64,000 nt of DNA, from NCBI GenBank assembly GCA_036785375.1, contig JAWMAR010000023.1, positions 6,696,001-6,760,000 of the forward strand. The letters run 5' to 3'. The notes beneath the pieces are model-generated. The model saw only the letters and a list, made by a program, of their open reading frames with translations. It did no database searches and had not been told where the DNA came from. The stretch comes from Leucoraja ocellata (Eukaryota). Within the stretch, counting starts at the first letter, position 1; each line of letters opens with the position of its first letter. Below, piece by piece: positions 49,461 to 63,600 of the stretch. Made by a program: the position numbers and the translations under genes.

Positions 49461-50779
49461 CACAGGGTGAGCACAGTGACACAGATGTGTTGGGTAGTTA
49501 ACTGACCACTGTAAATCACCTCTTGGTGTAAGTTAAGGAAAACAAAGGATAAAAAGGGAGGGAGAGGTGGGGGTTAATTGCCAGGTACGAGAGAGAATAA
49601 GTTGTCATACTGAGAAATCCAGTGGGTCGACTGGCCTCTTTATGCATTATTACAAGTACATGCCAGTGTTTCCAAAAATATCAATAGCCGTGAACTGGTT
49701 TGACCTGCTATGTGATGAGCAGAAACACTGGTGCCATGTGCCAACTGTTGGCCACCATTACCAGATTAGTTTGGTGTCGCACACCTCAGGCACAATCCTG
49801 TTTAGAGAGTACAAGGGCAAATGCCATGGTTCTTCAGCTAGTTTATACCCACACTGATAAACCTGGGGTGGTGCTTCAGGAAAGCATCTCACTGGCTGCA
49901 GTGGTCTCAGGAGGAAACGTGTAGATTGGACGCCTTGATTCGATTGAGCCGTGCGCTGTGCAGACCCTGGTGTCTGCCTGTTCCTTCCAAAGCAGTGCCA
50001 GAGCCCTGACGTAACCATTGCTGCTGTCCACCACACGATCAATGTTGAAAGCCCACGTGGTCTACAGTAAATGATCAGTTCCAAATGTTGTGCAGTTCCT
50101 GCAAAATGGTCGGCTGTAATCCCACAGACCGTACAAATATGTCTACTATAGAGAAGGCTCAAAGATCCAAGGAAGCCCCGAGATTAATTCAGGGCACAGT
50201 GGTAAATCCACTACTCCTTCCACAGATTCCCCTTGGTATCACTCCTTGTGCTGTTGCTGGCTCTTGGATGGTGACTGACACAATCTGTAGAAAAGTTACA
50301 ACATTATTTAAACATACTGCCACGGTGATCCTTCTTTCCAACGTTACTACATTGATGGAATTAGTATCAGCTGCACAACAAACCAAGACCTTTGTAAAAG
50401 CAATCCATGGTTGTGGTCTATGAAGTGAAGGAGGAATGCAACCTGATTGTCCCTTTTCCAGTCCATGAGCCCTAAAACCACCACAAAAAAAATAGGTTTG
50501 TTCCCCTGGCTGAGGTCATATAGCTTAGCACAGAAAGGAACTGACATAAATCAAATGTGGCACAAAGGTATAAGACTATTTTCTTGAAAGATGAGGAACA
50601 TTGAGGGCCCGAATGGCCTACTCCGATTTATGTTATTTATTATCTTAAGTCAATGGGACTTTGCTGGTGTGTGTGGCATTGATAATCAATGCACACAGTG
50701 TACTACTGATTGTTGTAACAGGTCTAACAGTGTAGTCTGCACAGTGACAGGCAGACCAATCAACATGGTCTTCAGACAT

Positions 50780-50997
50780 TAGAGAAACAGCACGGAAAAG
50801 GCCCTTTGGCCCCCCGAGTCCTGGCTGACCAGCGATCAGCCCATACACTAGCACTATCCTACACACTAGGGACAATTTACAATTAGAACAAAGCCAATTA
50901 CCAAGAACAAATCCAATTACCCAGGCAGCACCTAACATGGTGGACCCGGGTCTCTGGCGCTGAAAAGCAGCAACGCTACTGCTGCGCCACTGTGTCA
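50780..50997 (-). mobile_element. tRNA-derived V-SINE (HE1-like), internally deleted
   Basis: - strand GTGACACAGTGGCGCAGCAGTAGCGTTGCTGC...CAGCGCCAGAGACCCGGGT. Confidence 0.65.
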
Positions 50998-52959
50998 CCC
51001 GAAGGGCTGAAAACAGAATGGCATGACATGGATCAAAAAGCAGCCTCAATATTAGTTGACCAATGCATGGGTAGATGTAAAAGAAATTATGGGCCAGGTG
51101 CCATTACTTCCCCACTAATGCCCCTTGTTCCCGCCTGCAAGGACACCTGCAAGTATTACCGTATCAATGCTTGCAAACATCCAGGTTTGTTATTAAAATG
51201 ATTTAAATAACCTAGCCTGCAGGAAAGGGGCTAGACAGCTCTTTATTGAAGAAAATTACTGGATGTGATTGTCAATTACTAGAGCTGACAGGAACAAACT
51301 AATGCACCTTAATAGTAAATAATTTCATTATATAACTACAGATAGATAGCTAAACTATGATAGTTACAGTAGCTCATACTGGACAGTATGACCCCATCCC
51401 AGGTATTTTAGGAATGTTGACTTCTGGTTGGTTGAATTTGTGGTAACCTCCGTTTCTTTCCTTTACAAAATGGAACTTTGCATGTTATTCCGCTATGCTT
51501 GCTCTTCTCCTGCTGCTTTATCCCTGATTGTTGTTTTGCAGAGAATACTTAGCAGTGTCATGTTACCAAAATAAAATAAGCTGTTGGTTCAGTCTCAGAA
51601 TAATAATGATCAATGGCATCGATCATAAATGATTCAACCCATATAATTTTACCTGAAGACGACGGTTGGGGCACGAGAAGTTGGCATCTAATCAAAAGCT
51701 CATCTAACGATTTTAAATCTGTTACCTCGTAATTTACTTGAAATAATCCTCCCATATCTGTAGGCACACTGCAATATATTAACCCATAATAAGCTCTCTA
51801 ATGCTGTAAACCAACACAGTTCAAGAACAGACTCAAACGTGAGCTACGCCTGGAAATTATAACCTTTAAGGAATTTTAAGGAATGATTAATTTTCCTTTT
51901 AAGACATTAATTTGTATAATATCCGTCTGATTAACAAGGCAAAAATGAAAACAACGTGGACCTGCTGGGCATAAGTACGCAGCCTGGCAGCAAACTGCCT
52001 GCTGACGTGAATACCCAGATATTATAGACTCTAATAAAACAAATGTTTCACTGTAACAGCAAATGAAACACATTCCCAATGACTAAGAGTCTAGCTGCAT
52101 TATATAGATCAAACATCACTTACTGTAAAGCAGGCCAACTTGCCAAAAATCAGGCTGAAAGGTAAGCATGCCAATTTCTACACATCAGCCGTTCATAGAA
52201 TGATTGCGTCTGTAGCTCCTGTACCTGTGATACAATGAGATTAATCTACTGGCACAGATCTGTTCTTCAGGCAGAAGGGCAGATTCATCATCTGACGAGA
52301 ATCCAATAGCAACAGCTTATGCAAATCATTTCTTTCTTTCTCCCCTTTCCACCACCCCCCCCACCTTCTCTCTCACTCTCTCTCTCCCATCAATGCCTGC
52401 CTTAGGCATCCTACTATTATGAAAAAGTGCTGAATAAATTCCATCAAAGAGAGAAGTATCGTCTTGTATCGACAGGTACTAGGCTGCTCAGCCTTAGGTT
52501 TAACCCCTTCTCTGTTACAACCTGATATTTGATATTTAATCATTCTAAATTGTAAATCTTTATTTTCAACTTCCTCACCCTCCCTCTCTCTACTAATCCT
52601 TCCTGGGATTCAGGTGCGTTCCTCCTGCTGAAGGTGCTGATAGTACACCTTGCTCTGAGCCTAGGTGGTGGAGACAGGTAAACTATCCAACTTGTAAGCT
52701 ATCACTCTCTTGTCCAAACCTCAAGCCGTAGTCAGAGTTACAAGGTATGGTTCAGGCCCTTCAGTTGACAATGTGTGCATCCTGATCAAGGGGCATGCAA
52801 GGTGTCAACCCTGTGTTTGGTCTATATTCCTCTGAACCTTTCTGAACCACGTACCATAGCAAATATATACATTCACTTATCTATGCCTCTCATGATTTTA
52901 TAACCCTCTATATGATCAACCGTCAGCATTCTTCGCTTCACAGGAAACAGTTCTAGCTT

Positions 52960-53255
52960 AGGTGGCACAGTGGTGCAGCGGTAGAGCTGCTGTATCTCAG
53001 CATCGGAGACCCAGGTTCCATCCTGATTACGGGCGCTGTCTGTGTGAGTTTCTATGTTCTTGCTGTGACTGTGTGGGTTTTCACTGGATGCTCAGGTTCC
53101 TCCCACATTCCAAAGATGTGCAGGTTTGTAGGTTAATTGGCTTCTGTAAATTCCCCCTAAGGTGCAGGTGGGAAAACATAGATAACTAGTGAACGGGTTG
53201 ATGGTTGACGTGGACTTGTGGACTGAAGTGCCTGTTCCAAGCTGCATCTCTAAAC
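52960..53255 (+). mobile_element. tRNA-derived V-SINE (HE1-like)
   Basis: tRNA-like head GGTGGCACAGTGGTGCAGCGGTAGAGCTGCTG...GACCCAGGTTCCATCC; V-domain GTGTGGGTTTTC...GCTCAGGTTCCTCCCACATTCCAAAGATGTGC; CR1-type tail. Confidence 0.75.
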
Positions 53256-56200
53256 TCTAAGCTTACCTGATACCTCAAGATATGAGCATTTGTAATCACC
53301 AGCAACCTGCCCATCTATCCTTATCCAATGTCTACACAACACAGTTTTGCAGCACAACCTGCAAGGGCTTTTCCCCTTTCTCATTCAGGAATACTGAGAC
53401 CATCTGGGAAGCACCCATGTTCAATATGTTCATCAGACATAAAAATACTCATATATCATGCCTTTCACAACTTCAGGATGATGCAAAACTATACCCAGTC
53501 AACAAAACACTTTTTGTAGTGTAGCTGCAATATAGGAAAGATTAAAAACAAAGCAGAATGACATTCCACAAAATTATTTTGCGTGCTCACCTTAGCATCC
53601 TCCCACTCCATCTATCGCTGTACATGAGATTAAGCAGAGACGATAGTTCAGCAGATTCAAGATTCCATGTTAAATCTTTTCATATTTCTCAGTCAGCTGC
53701 TTGGCTGAAATAGATATCCTTTTATAAAGGAAAAAAACCCTTCCCTTACTCTCTCATAAAGCTTTGTTTTAATATCCCTTAACCAGAATGTCAATATCCA
53801 ATCTCTATCAGAATTTCAGTTGCTAGGTCTTAAAATGTTTGTTCTGCATTTTAAAACATTCCATGCCACAACACCTTCTGTCACATTCCTCACACTACAG
53901 CATGCTGCACTATTCACAGGAGAGATAAACACATCCCTCTAAATCCAAGTATATAAACATCGTATTTAATATTATTAATCCTCTTGCATTCCAAGTTTTT
54001 TTTAAATGTATTAATTCTCAGGATGTTAAATCCTAACCCTAATTACATATGACATGCCAAACCATTTCTGAGGGCAGTTGAAAAACAACCACATTGCTGT
54101 CATGCTGTGGGACTGGGGTCACACACAGGCTAAATCTGGCAATGATGGCAAATGTTCTCTCTGAAAGGACCTTAGAATATAGCTGTTTTTTTTTGATGAA
54201 CTATTATGAGTTACATGGTCATCTTTACTGATATTAGCTTTTCATTTCAGAATTGAAATGGTCCAGCTACTGTAGTGGGATTTGTTTATAATTCTGGAAC
54301 ATCAGGCTAAACCTCTAGATTGCTGGCGCAATAACATAAATGCAATGCCACAAAAAACTTATCTGGTTGAACATAAATAATAATTGTGATTCAATTCCAT
54401 TGCTTTCTTGGAATTGATCTTGGCCAACAACTGAATGAGTAAAATAGAATTGGTGATTACGAAGCATATAGTTGAAGTGTTGTCACCCTAATTCATATTA
54501 AGCTACTAAATATCAATTTTACCTCAGTTCCCCATTCCAGCAACAGATATCTGCTGATACGAAACACTGATTTATTATTGGGAATCATATTTCTCAGCAA
54601 ACATACCACAATAAGGATTGACAGATATATCATATCCTTCATCCCAACCAGTCTCTTTTTATGGCTCTTTTTGGCAATCCCTGAGTATTGAAGACCCAAA
54701 CTGTGTGGGTTTTAGGGTGGCTGACAAGGCCAATGCGAGACTAACAAACCCTCCCATAAATGAGGAGGAAGCTGCTGGAAAGTTTGAGAGGTGATTTGTT
54801 CTCCTGTCATTTATAGTCAGCACCCGGTGCTCCCATTGCATGTGCTTGAGGATCTTGCTGTCATCCTGAATGCTCCTTTTCCACTTTGAACAATCATGAC
54901 CTAGGCGATTCCAAGATTCATTAGGATGCTTTGATGACATCCTTACACCGTTTCATCTCTTAGCCTGGTATCCACATCCTTTATCAGTGCTTAGAATAGT
55001 GTTTCTGATTCAGGCAGCAAGTTAAGGTACGTGAGTTGCATTGCCTACACAATAACGTAGTTAGGTCCTCAACACTTGAATGTGGGGTCGGGAGAGGGCA
55101 ATGACATTTGTTCATTTATCCTGCCATGGGATTTGGAAGATTTTGCAGAGGTATCTTTCCAGTGACTATTGTAAGTAGTCCAAGTCTCAGAGGTATACAA
55201 GAGGGCAGGAACCATTATTGTCTTGTAGATCATGAGTTTTCAAACATTCTATCTTCAGGTGGCCAAAGGCTGCACTGATACACGGAAAGTGATGGTAAAT
55301 ATCTTCATCAATATTTATCTTTGAGAGGAGATGGAAACTGAATTATGGAGCATGATGGGGATTTTGCAATGGACCTTTATTGTCAAGGAGAAGTTTCAAG
55401 GAAGAGCAGGTCGTAGAGAACCTTGGTTATGCAGCTGCCGAGTGAGAAGGTCATCCTCTCGAATGAATGAAAACTTTATTGTCATTCAGATATACACCTA
55501 GACACAGTGCACCTTGAACGAAATTTCGTTGCATTTGCCTCTCCAAAATCAGGTAATAGTAAAAAGTGCTAGGTGCGTCCATAAAAATGCCTCATGTGCA
55601 TGGTTCTGTAAAATAAATATATATAAAAAGTTTTTAAAAAGTGTCGATATTTAAAAAGTTCTAGCCTCGGTTTTGTTGATTGTTCAGTACTCTCTTAAGT
55701 TTCAATTGATGATAACCTGGATCTTAGTCTCTAAATGTGTGCACTGCTGCACAACTATGAAGGTTGAGAGACCTTTGATTTAGAATGGGTGTAACCCAGA
55801 CTGATTAGCCTGTCTACTAACTTCATCACTGTCTCTCCTTGCACCAAAGTGATGGAGGCACAAGGGACAGCAGGTGCTGTAGTCTGGAGAAAAAACAAAC
55901 TGTTGGGAAAAACTCAGTGGGTCAGACAGCTTTCATGAATGCAGAGGGATGGTTGACAATTTGGGTTAAGATCTTGCATCAGGATTAAGATCAGCTGAGC
56001 TGTCAGTCCTGATTCAGGATTTCTGAAATGTTGGCCATCCTCTACCTCCATAGATTCTGCCACATTACCTAGCCATTCATTTTGGAGAGCCTATATGTAA
56101 ACACCTGTCAAATACGAGATCAGGTTAAGGATATGTTGATAACCTGGTATTGATGCACCACGGTGAGGGCTCTTGTACCAAAACAGCAGGAACGGTGAGC

Positions 56201-56829
56201 AGAGAATGAGGGATCCGGTCAGGGGGAGCAAAAGATCCCATCAGGAAAGAGACAGAGGGGAGGCCAGAAGAAAGGCAATGCAATGGAAATGGGGAGAGAA
56301 GCAGTCGAGGGCTGACTGAAATACAGAGCTTGGATCAGGCACCTGCCTGAGGCATTTGTGTGAAAACCAGGTGCATCCACCTCCCTGGACACTGGTTCTG
56401 ATTTGCAGTAAGTTTGAGTTCATTCCCATGACACTGGGACTGAGGAGTAACCTAGGTCAAAAATGAGTCTGCAGTTACACCCAGATGAGGATCTAATATT
56501 GAATTGAACTGCCCTTCAACTGATTCTGTTTCTAGGAGAAGAGTAGGAGTGGTCAAACCGTGATTCATCATTGGTCTCCCTTTCCTTCTTGCTGTTCCCT
56601 CCACTCCCCCTGTAGTTTACCATTCAAAAAAATATTATTTGACTATTAGCTTCATTACCTGTGCAACTAACCTCTGATTACAGTTGTCACTAGTGAGGAA
56701 AAGGATGTTAGGTTTGCTCACGAGGCAGAAATTGGAGAAACGGAGAATGATTTGAATATGATGAGAATTTTACATTGCACCAATGGAGACTGTAAAGGTC
56801 ATGTAGATTGTATTTTGCCATCCAAGAAT

Positions 56830-57019
56830 ATTGGTAATCAAGGACCCACACCATCCTGGCCACACACTCATCTCTCCGCTGCCATCAGGTAGAAGATACA
56901 GGAGCCTGAAATATGGTACATCCAGGTTCATGAACAGCTTCTTCCCCACAGCCATTAGGCTATTAAACTTGCCATCAAACAAACTGAACTATAACAGCCT
57001 ATTGCACTTTATCTGTTTG

Positions 57020-57062
<43 letters not shown>

Positions 57063-57190
57063 TCTTTGATATATAGACACACTGAACTGTTCTGTATTTA
57101 TGCTTACTATATTATGTTGTGCTGCAGCAAGCAAGAATTTCATTGTCCTATCTTGAACACATGACAATAAACTCTCTTGACTTGACTTGG
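56830..57190 (+). mobile_element. Rex1/Babar-type LINE 3' end with (AT)n microsatellite and (CTTGA)n tail
   Basis: IKDPHHPGHTLISPLPSGRRYRSLKYGTSRFMNSFFPTAIRLLN; AATAAA then CTTGACTTGACTTG; (AT)n at about 57027-57060. Confidence 0.7.
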
Positions 57191-58444
57191 TATTCTACTA
57201 TTGTTTAACACTGCTGTTTAAACTACAATTAGTTTCATTCACAGGATTGATTGCAATTCATTTTTGAAAATCACTCATCGTGAAGGATATTAATTTATCC
57301 CAACAGGTCAAAGACTAGCAACAGATATCTTCATGACACCACCATGAAACACATGGATAATTAATTAATGGTCGAAGTGCTAAGAGAACCCTCACCACCG
57401 TCTTCATCCTGTCATACTGTATTAATTTGTATACAAGTATAATTTTCTAAAACTAGTTGCAGTTGACAGCTGTATTCGCAGATAAATAGCCTTGTGCAAC
57501 TTTTCCCTTTTATCTCTGAAATCCTGAAGTTGTACCATATCAACAATAGGCACTAATTATAGAGCAAGAGAAGGAAACACAGCCACTCCTTTTGAGGTGA
57601 CTCCTGCAGGCTGCACCGCAATCGGTCAACACTTCAAACACCTTGCACGTTGGAGGCAGCTGTTGTAATGAAACAGCCAGAAGCTATAGAGCCGAAAGAA
57701 GAAAGGTGCAAGTGGCTGACTTTGATTAGGCACGAGGAGACCTATATCTCAGAAATAGGCCAAATAAGACAATCTTTTGAGTAAAAGAATACCAATAATA
57801 AGTGGGACAAGCTCTATTCAGGACATGAAATGAAGTTTGTTGTAGAGACAGTCACAGAAACAAAGCACTATGGTCTGGTGCATCCAACAGAATCTACTAC
57901 TCTCATGTCATTTGAAAATCTGCCATTTTTGCCCATAAATATTAAAAAAACTCTTAACGGCAATTCCCCACATCTTAACCATTTCTAGGCTCCAAAGTTG
58001 GGCAAAAGACATCATTAGAAAGCACAGAGGTGCTCTTGTTTTACTGCTTTCACCAACAATGGTCAAGGGCAAAGGGGCAAAAAACACCCCTGCGACTGGC
58101 ATCAAATATCTTTTGTAATAACCAGGAATCGTGAGTCAACAGGGGAGTTATTATGTTCATCGGTCATTTCTTGCCAAGGGGAACTCAACAAATTCTACTT
58201 TTAGCACTAGCTTGAATGCAAAAGAGAGTTAGATAGAGCTCTTAAAGATAGCGGAGTGAAGGGATATGGGGAGAAGGCAGGAACGGGGTACTGATTGTGG
58301 ATCATGATCACAGTGAATGACGGTGCTGGCCTCCTCCTGCACCTATTGTCTATGTTTAATGAATACATCACAATCTGTGTAAAAAAACTTTGCAGAGATC
58401 CCATCTTCTGTGGACCCTATTAACTGCTTCTCCATTCAATAGAT

Positions 58445-58700
58445 GATACAGTGGCAAAGCTACTGAACCATTGGCCTCACACTGTAGCAACCTGGGCTCA
58501 GTCCTGTAATCTGATGCTATCTGTGAGAAGTTTGAACGTTCTTCCTGTGAGTGCATGAGTTTTTTCCTAATGCTCTTTTTTCCTCCCTACATCCCATAGG
58601 TGTGCAGCTTGGTAGGTTAATTGGCCATTGCAAATTTCTCCCAGTGTAGGTGAGTGGTAGAGTCTGGGGGAGTCGGTGGGATACATGGGGAGAGTAGTTT
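58445..58700 (+). mobile_element. Decayed V-SINE
   Basis: Similar to 52960-53250 (GCCTCACAC...CCTGGGCTCAGTCC...CCTCCCTACATCCC...GGTAGGTTAATTGG). Confidence 0.55.
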
Positions 58701-60221
58701 ACCGGGTAAATAAGTGGCATGTCAAGCTTTTTGATTTGAAGCACCATATCAATAGTGGCAGTGCTTTGATCGGATACAGTCTCACTTTATTGAAATTACC
58801 TCTTTCTATGTCATAAGGAAACATGGTAAAATAAGACCATGGCTGATCCTTTATACCAGTCACATTCCTGTACTAAAACCATATCCTATGATTCTCCGAA
58901 TACTGAAAAATCTTTCGAAGTTTATTTTGAGTTTTCGCAGTGACTGAGTGCCCACAATCATTTGTGAAAGGAATTCCAAAGATTCAACATTTTCTCAGTG
59001 AAGGAATTTCTTCTCATCTCTATCCTAAACAGCTAAATGCTTAAATAACATGGGAACATCTTGGTTCAACTATTAGCACTACTAAATTACAACAATGTTT
59101 GAACGAGGGTCTGCAAAGATATCCAGGTAATCATGCCACCAATGATTGCTAATACACTCCACCATCTCCATCAACCTGACCTCAAAATATCAACATCAAT
59201 GGAAGAGTTACTGCAGGACAATCTCAAGGATCCCTTTACTGCAGAACAATCTCAAGTCTTCTCAAATAGCAACATATCAACATAGCCTGTCAACACCCAG
59301 CTTCCAGATACTACATTGTCTAGCTTCAGGACTGCCCTGGTATCTGTATAAATGGCCACTGTGATAATAACAGGAAGGAGAACAAATTGGATGCAAATAA
59401 TCAGGAGATCAAAGAGTCTATTAACCGCAAACATAAAGCTTTCATTAAGTGAAATGAAATAACTTTACCTGTACCTGAAGGCAGAAATCTATCAGAAAAT
59501 CTTAGATGTAAAGAACCCAGGTGGTTAAAGACAGGGTAGGGGGTTCAGAAATTCCCTGACAACCATGACATTGAGCACATTCTTCAGCGCTGTAAAGCCA
59601 TTCATGACCAAATACTCAAGGCCTGAAAAACAAGCTGAACTCAAGGAGAAAGGCAGTGAGTCCCCACTGGAAGGAACACTCCTAAGATCTCAACTGCAGC
59701 TATGTCCTAGGGGTGAGCCCATTTGCTTCCCGCCTACAGCAGCCTAAGCAGACAATATTTGCCACCATTGCTGGCCATCAGGGTCATGCCCAAATTAAAA
59801 AATAACAAGGCCTTGGATGCAGACCGTTTCTCCATGAAATCCTAAAGCTCAACGCTGAAGACCTCCAGATCAAATCCATAGTCTGAGTGCTTAAATCTGG
59901 GAAAAGGATTAACCCAGGTCCTTATAAATACTGTAGTAGTGAGCATTATAAAGAAACACATCCAACTGTGAATATGACGAGAGGATCTCCCTGCTGTAAT
60001 GTAAATTATTCCCAAAGTCATCAACTGCGTCCTTCCAATGGCCAAGTAGCTGAGCCCTGAATTAGTGCAAATTTCATCCATTTATCCAGAGACACTGGGT
60101 ATGTTATCTTTGTTGTAAAACATCTCCTTCATTAGCAACCTCAGAAATAATAAATCCCAGGTGGAAACAAGTCCTTTGCTCTCTTAATTGGTTTGTAGGT
60201 TCATTGGCCTCTGTAAATCAG

Positions 60222-60610
60222 CATAAGATCATAAAACACAGCAGAATTATGCCATTGGGTCCATCGAGTCTGCTCTGCATTTCAATCATGCCTGATCTAT
60301 TTTTCCCCTCACAACCCCATTCTTCTGCCTTCGCCCTGTAACCTTTGCCTCTCTTACTAAACAAAAACCTATCAATCTCCGCTTTTAAAATACCCAATGA
60401 CTTGGCCTTCACAGGTCCTTAGAAATACTGTAGCAGTGAGCATCTTTAAGATGTAGCAATGAATTCCACAGATTCACCACCCTCTGGCTAAAGAAATTCC
60501 TCCTCATCTCCATTCTAAAGGTACATCCTTTTATTCTAAGGCTGTGCCTTCTGGTTCCTAGACGCTTCCATTACTGGAAACATCCTCTCCATATTCACTC
60601 TATCTAGGTC
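60222..60610 (-). mobile_element. CR1-type LINE 3' end
   Basis: - strand EAKSLGILKAEIDRFL-type translation and 3' UTR; similar to 47910-48235. Confidence 0.7.
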
Positions 60611-63600
60611 TTTTATTACCCATACACAATTGCTCTATTTTCCAGATCTTTCCATGTGTTTGTACCCCCCCCCCCAGTGTCTAGGGAGTGGATGCAAAAG
60701 TGGGATAACATAGAACTAGTGTGAACGCGTGAACGATGATTGGTGTGGACTCGGTGGGCTGAAGGGGCTGTTTCCATGCTGCATCTTTCAATTCAATTAA
60801 AAACAATCTCAAGGGACCCCTGACAGGATGGAGGCCATGGATGGGACAGGAGGTAATGTGTATGCAATGCACAGTGCTGTTTTTGGAGTGGGTTAGTGGT
60901 GATGCCACAATGACATCAGGAATTAAATATTCCCACTGGTAGGCAGAGATGCATCTTGTTGAGCCTTTGCTGGTTATAAATGTATTCTTTCCTTCTTCCC
61001 AAAATGTTTTAATAACTACCGTCAAGCCTCTAGTAATATGAGATCTGCATGAACAGGCGTGATACGGACTCTCAAACCTTCCTGTGCCACTTAATTAAGC
61101 GGTGCTTTCTTGCTAATAGCATTTCATTGCCCTTTATAAAGGTGTGATCAGTCGATAATGAAGCGCTGTCCTTCTGTACTCTTTGGGATTATTTTAATTA
61201 AACACTTGCAGGGAAAGTGACTAACTTATTTTTTTATAAACAAGCTACAAAATTAAGATGCGCTAATATTTCCAGTTTGTGGCCACTACAAATTCAGCAG
61301 TCAGCGATACAGTCAAGAGGTGATCAACAGAATTAACTAAAAACAGTCAGTACCAAGCAGAAATGGAGTGATTCCAGCATCTGCAGTTTTGTGTTTCTGT
61401 TCATGCACTTTCTCCTTTGCTTTTCAAGAACAAGAGATTGCAACCAGATATGCAAAAAAAAAAGATTTAGAAATAAACAAAATCTGTTTACACTTTTAAA
61501 ACAGCTACTACAAGATTTCCAGTGGTCAAACCACATGTCAGATCTCCTCATCGTACAGAATTTCTAATAATTAAAGCACGATTCCAACAGAAAATGCTCA
61601 TCACCAAAACAAAACGTTTCCAGTTTTATAAAGTTTTTCCTGAAAATCCAATCTCAGCAGCAGAATGTTAAACCTCTAACTTTAGTTCCACTGCTTTTCC
61701 AGGCTCTTCCTCCTGCTTTTGTTTATTTTCTGAAATGCCGTTTCAAAACGACTTTCTTTCTCCACTGCCTCTGTGCACCCATTACCTTGAAGGCACAGGG
61801 GTCGTCCAATAGCCTACTCTTAATCTCCCAGCTAAGCCAACTATCATTCATTTTAAACACTCTTATCAAATTACACCTTAATAAGCTTGTTTTAATAAAA
61901 CTGCTCTATTTTCCTAATCTTTCCTTGTGTTTGTACTTCCTCATTTTCCCCATACCAAGAAAAATCATCATGTTCTTATATCCACGAGTCCATTATGCAG
62001 AAGCTTGAAACAACTCAAAAGCTGTCTCCAACAATCAGCCAAGACTTTTATAATCTCACTTATTCACTTCGCGAGTTGCTCTTCATATCTTGTGAACAAT
62101 ACTCCAAACCCTTCCATTCTTTTGCATAACCTTGCTTTTCCCAAAGTGCAATTACAGGCATTAAATTCCATTCAACATTTTTTTTGCACAAATTCCACAA
62201 TCACCATCAGCTTTTGTGTAGGTTTCTTTGTTCCTCAGGTACTATTTATTATAATAATGATGACACTCCCTTGGCACTTCAAGTAGGAATACAGGCTCAC
62301 AATCCTGTGATTCAGTAGTTATTATCCAAGCTAATCTGTCACCAATGGGTGCATCTGCACAGCAATGGAAACTGAACAAATTGGAACCAGGTAAATTAAC
62401 ATCAAACACTTTCAAAACACTCTGCAATAAATAGTCAGGAAACATCCAGTAAAGGGTTAAAAACCTCATTAATTTTAAGTATTTGCTTGTCGCAACAGCA
62501 CTAAGAGGGGTGAGAATGGAATTGGTGGAGCGCATTGTGAGAGAAGAATAGCAGCTCTGATTAAATAGTCTCACCTGGCTCCTCTCACATTCCTCAGATC
62601 CTCGCCCTGCACTTCACCACAGTATTCATCTGTCAGACTGCTGAAATGAGGGGGCTTGTTGCAGTCAGTCTCTCATCTGATAACACCAAGAACATTCAGT
62701 CATCTACAGCGAAAGAATAAAAATAAAAATATGCTTTGTAGTGCTGGAGACACCAGGAACTCACTGCCAATAATCAGAAAACTAGAATAATGCACCATGC
62801 TCCTCAATCCTAACTCACCCTCACAATTCAATCTCTGTACCTTCCTCCAGCCTGACAGAAAGTAAAACTTCTATCAATACATGCAACTTCCATCTGGTGC
62901 ATATCCCACTTTAATAGCTCCATCGCTGGCAATTGTGTTTTCTGTTGTCTTGTTTTTCCTCGCTGCCTAAAAAGACGAACTGTTTAGATAATTCCATATC
63001 TGTTTTTTAGAACGTGGCCCTACAAGACACATACAAATTCCTCCACCATTCTTTCACGCAGTTGTTCATCTTTTGGTGGTGATCTTGATGCTTACAAGCA
63101 TCGGTCTGATATTTTTTCAGTGATGTGTTGTTAAAAATTGTACTTTTTCCTTGATATTCTAGTTAAGCGTATTGGGACATTTATGCTTCATTATATGGAG
63201 GCTGCTACAACACTCCTTACTCTTTGTTTCTTTCCAAATTGTCTCAAGGTCATTATTTATCATGTCTCTAAATGCCATTTTCCCTCTAGTACACATCTTA
63301 TTTTCCTTGACGATTTAAATTGCCCATTTCCAAATTCTTTTCCAATAACCTAGCTCGCAATTTGATTCCCCTTTGGTGTTAAAGTTCCATCAACTCTTTC
63401 TCCCACTTTAGTGTATTTAATTATTTGTAATCCTGGGAATTGGACATTTACCCTACATCCATTGTCACACATTCATTGGCCAGTGGATATTGTTGAAAAC
63501 ACACCAAGAACCTTAATCTGGTGCACTGCTAACTGACATCTGAAAACTAGTAACACCTAACCCGACCCAACTACAGTAACATAACTGGAATGTTCAATTC

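Noticed and set aside
52960-53030. tRNA-like sequence
   Set aside because: It is the head of a V-SINE, not a complete cloverleaf tRNA gene.
17729-59398. Additional ATGCAAAT octamers (for example 17729, 21244, 38007, 52319, 59391)
   Set aside because: Scattered in AT-rich DNA without promoter context; treated as background.
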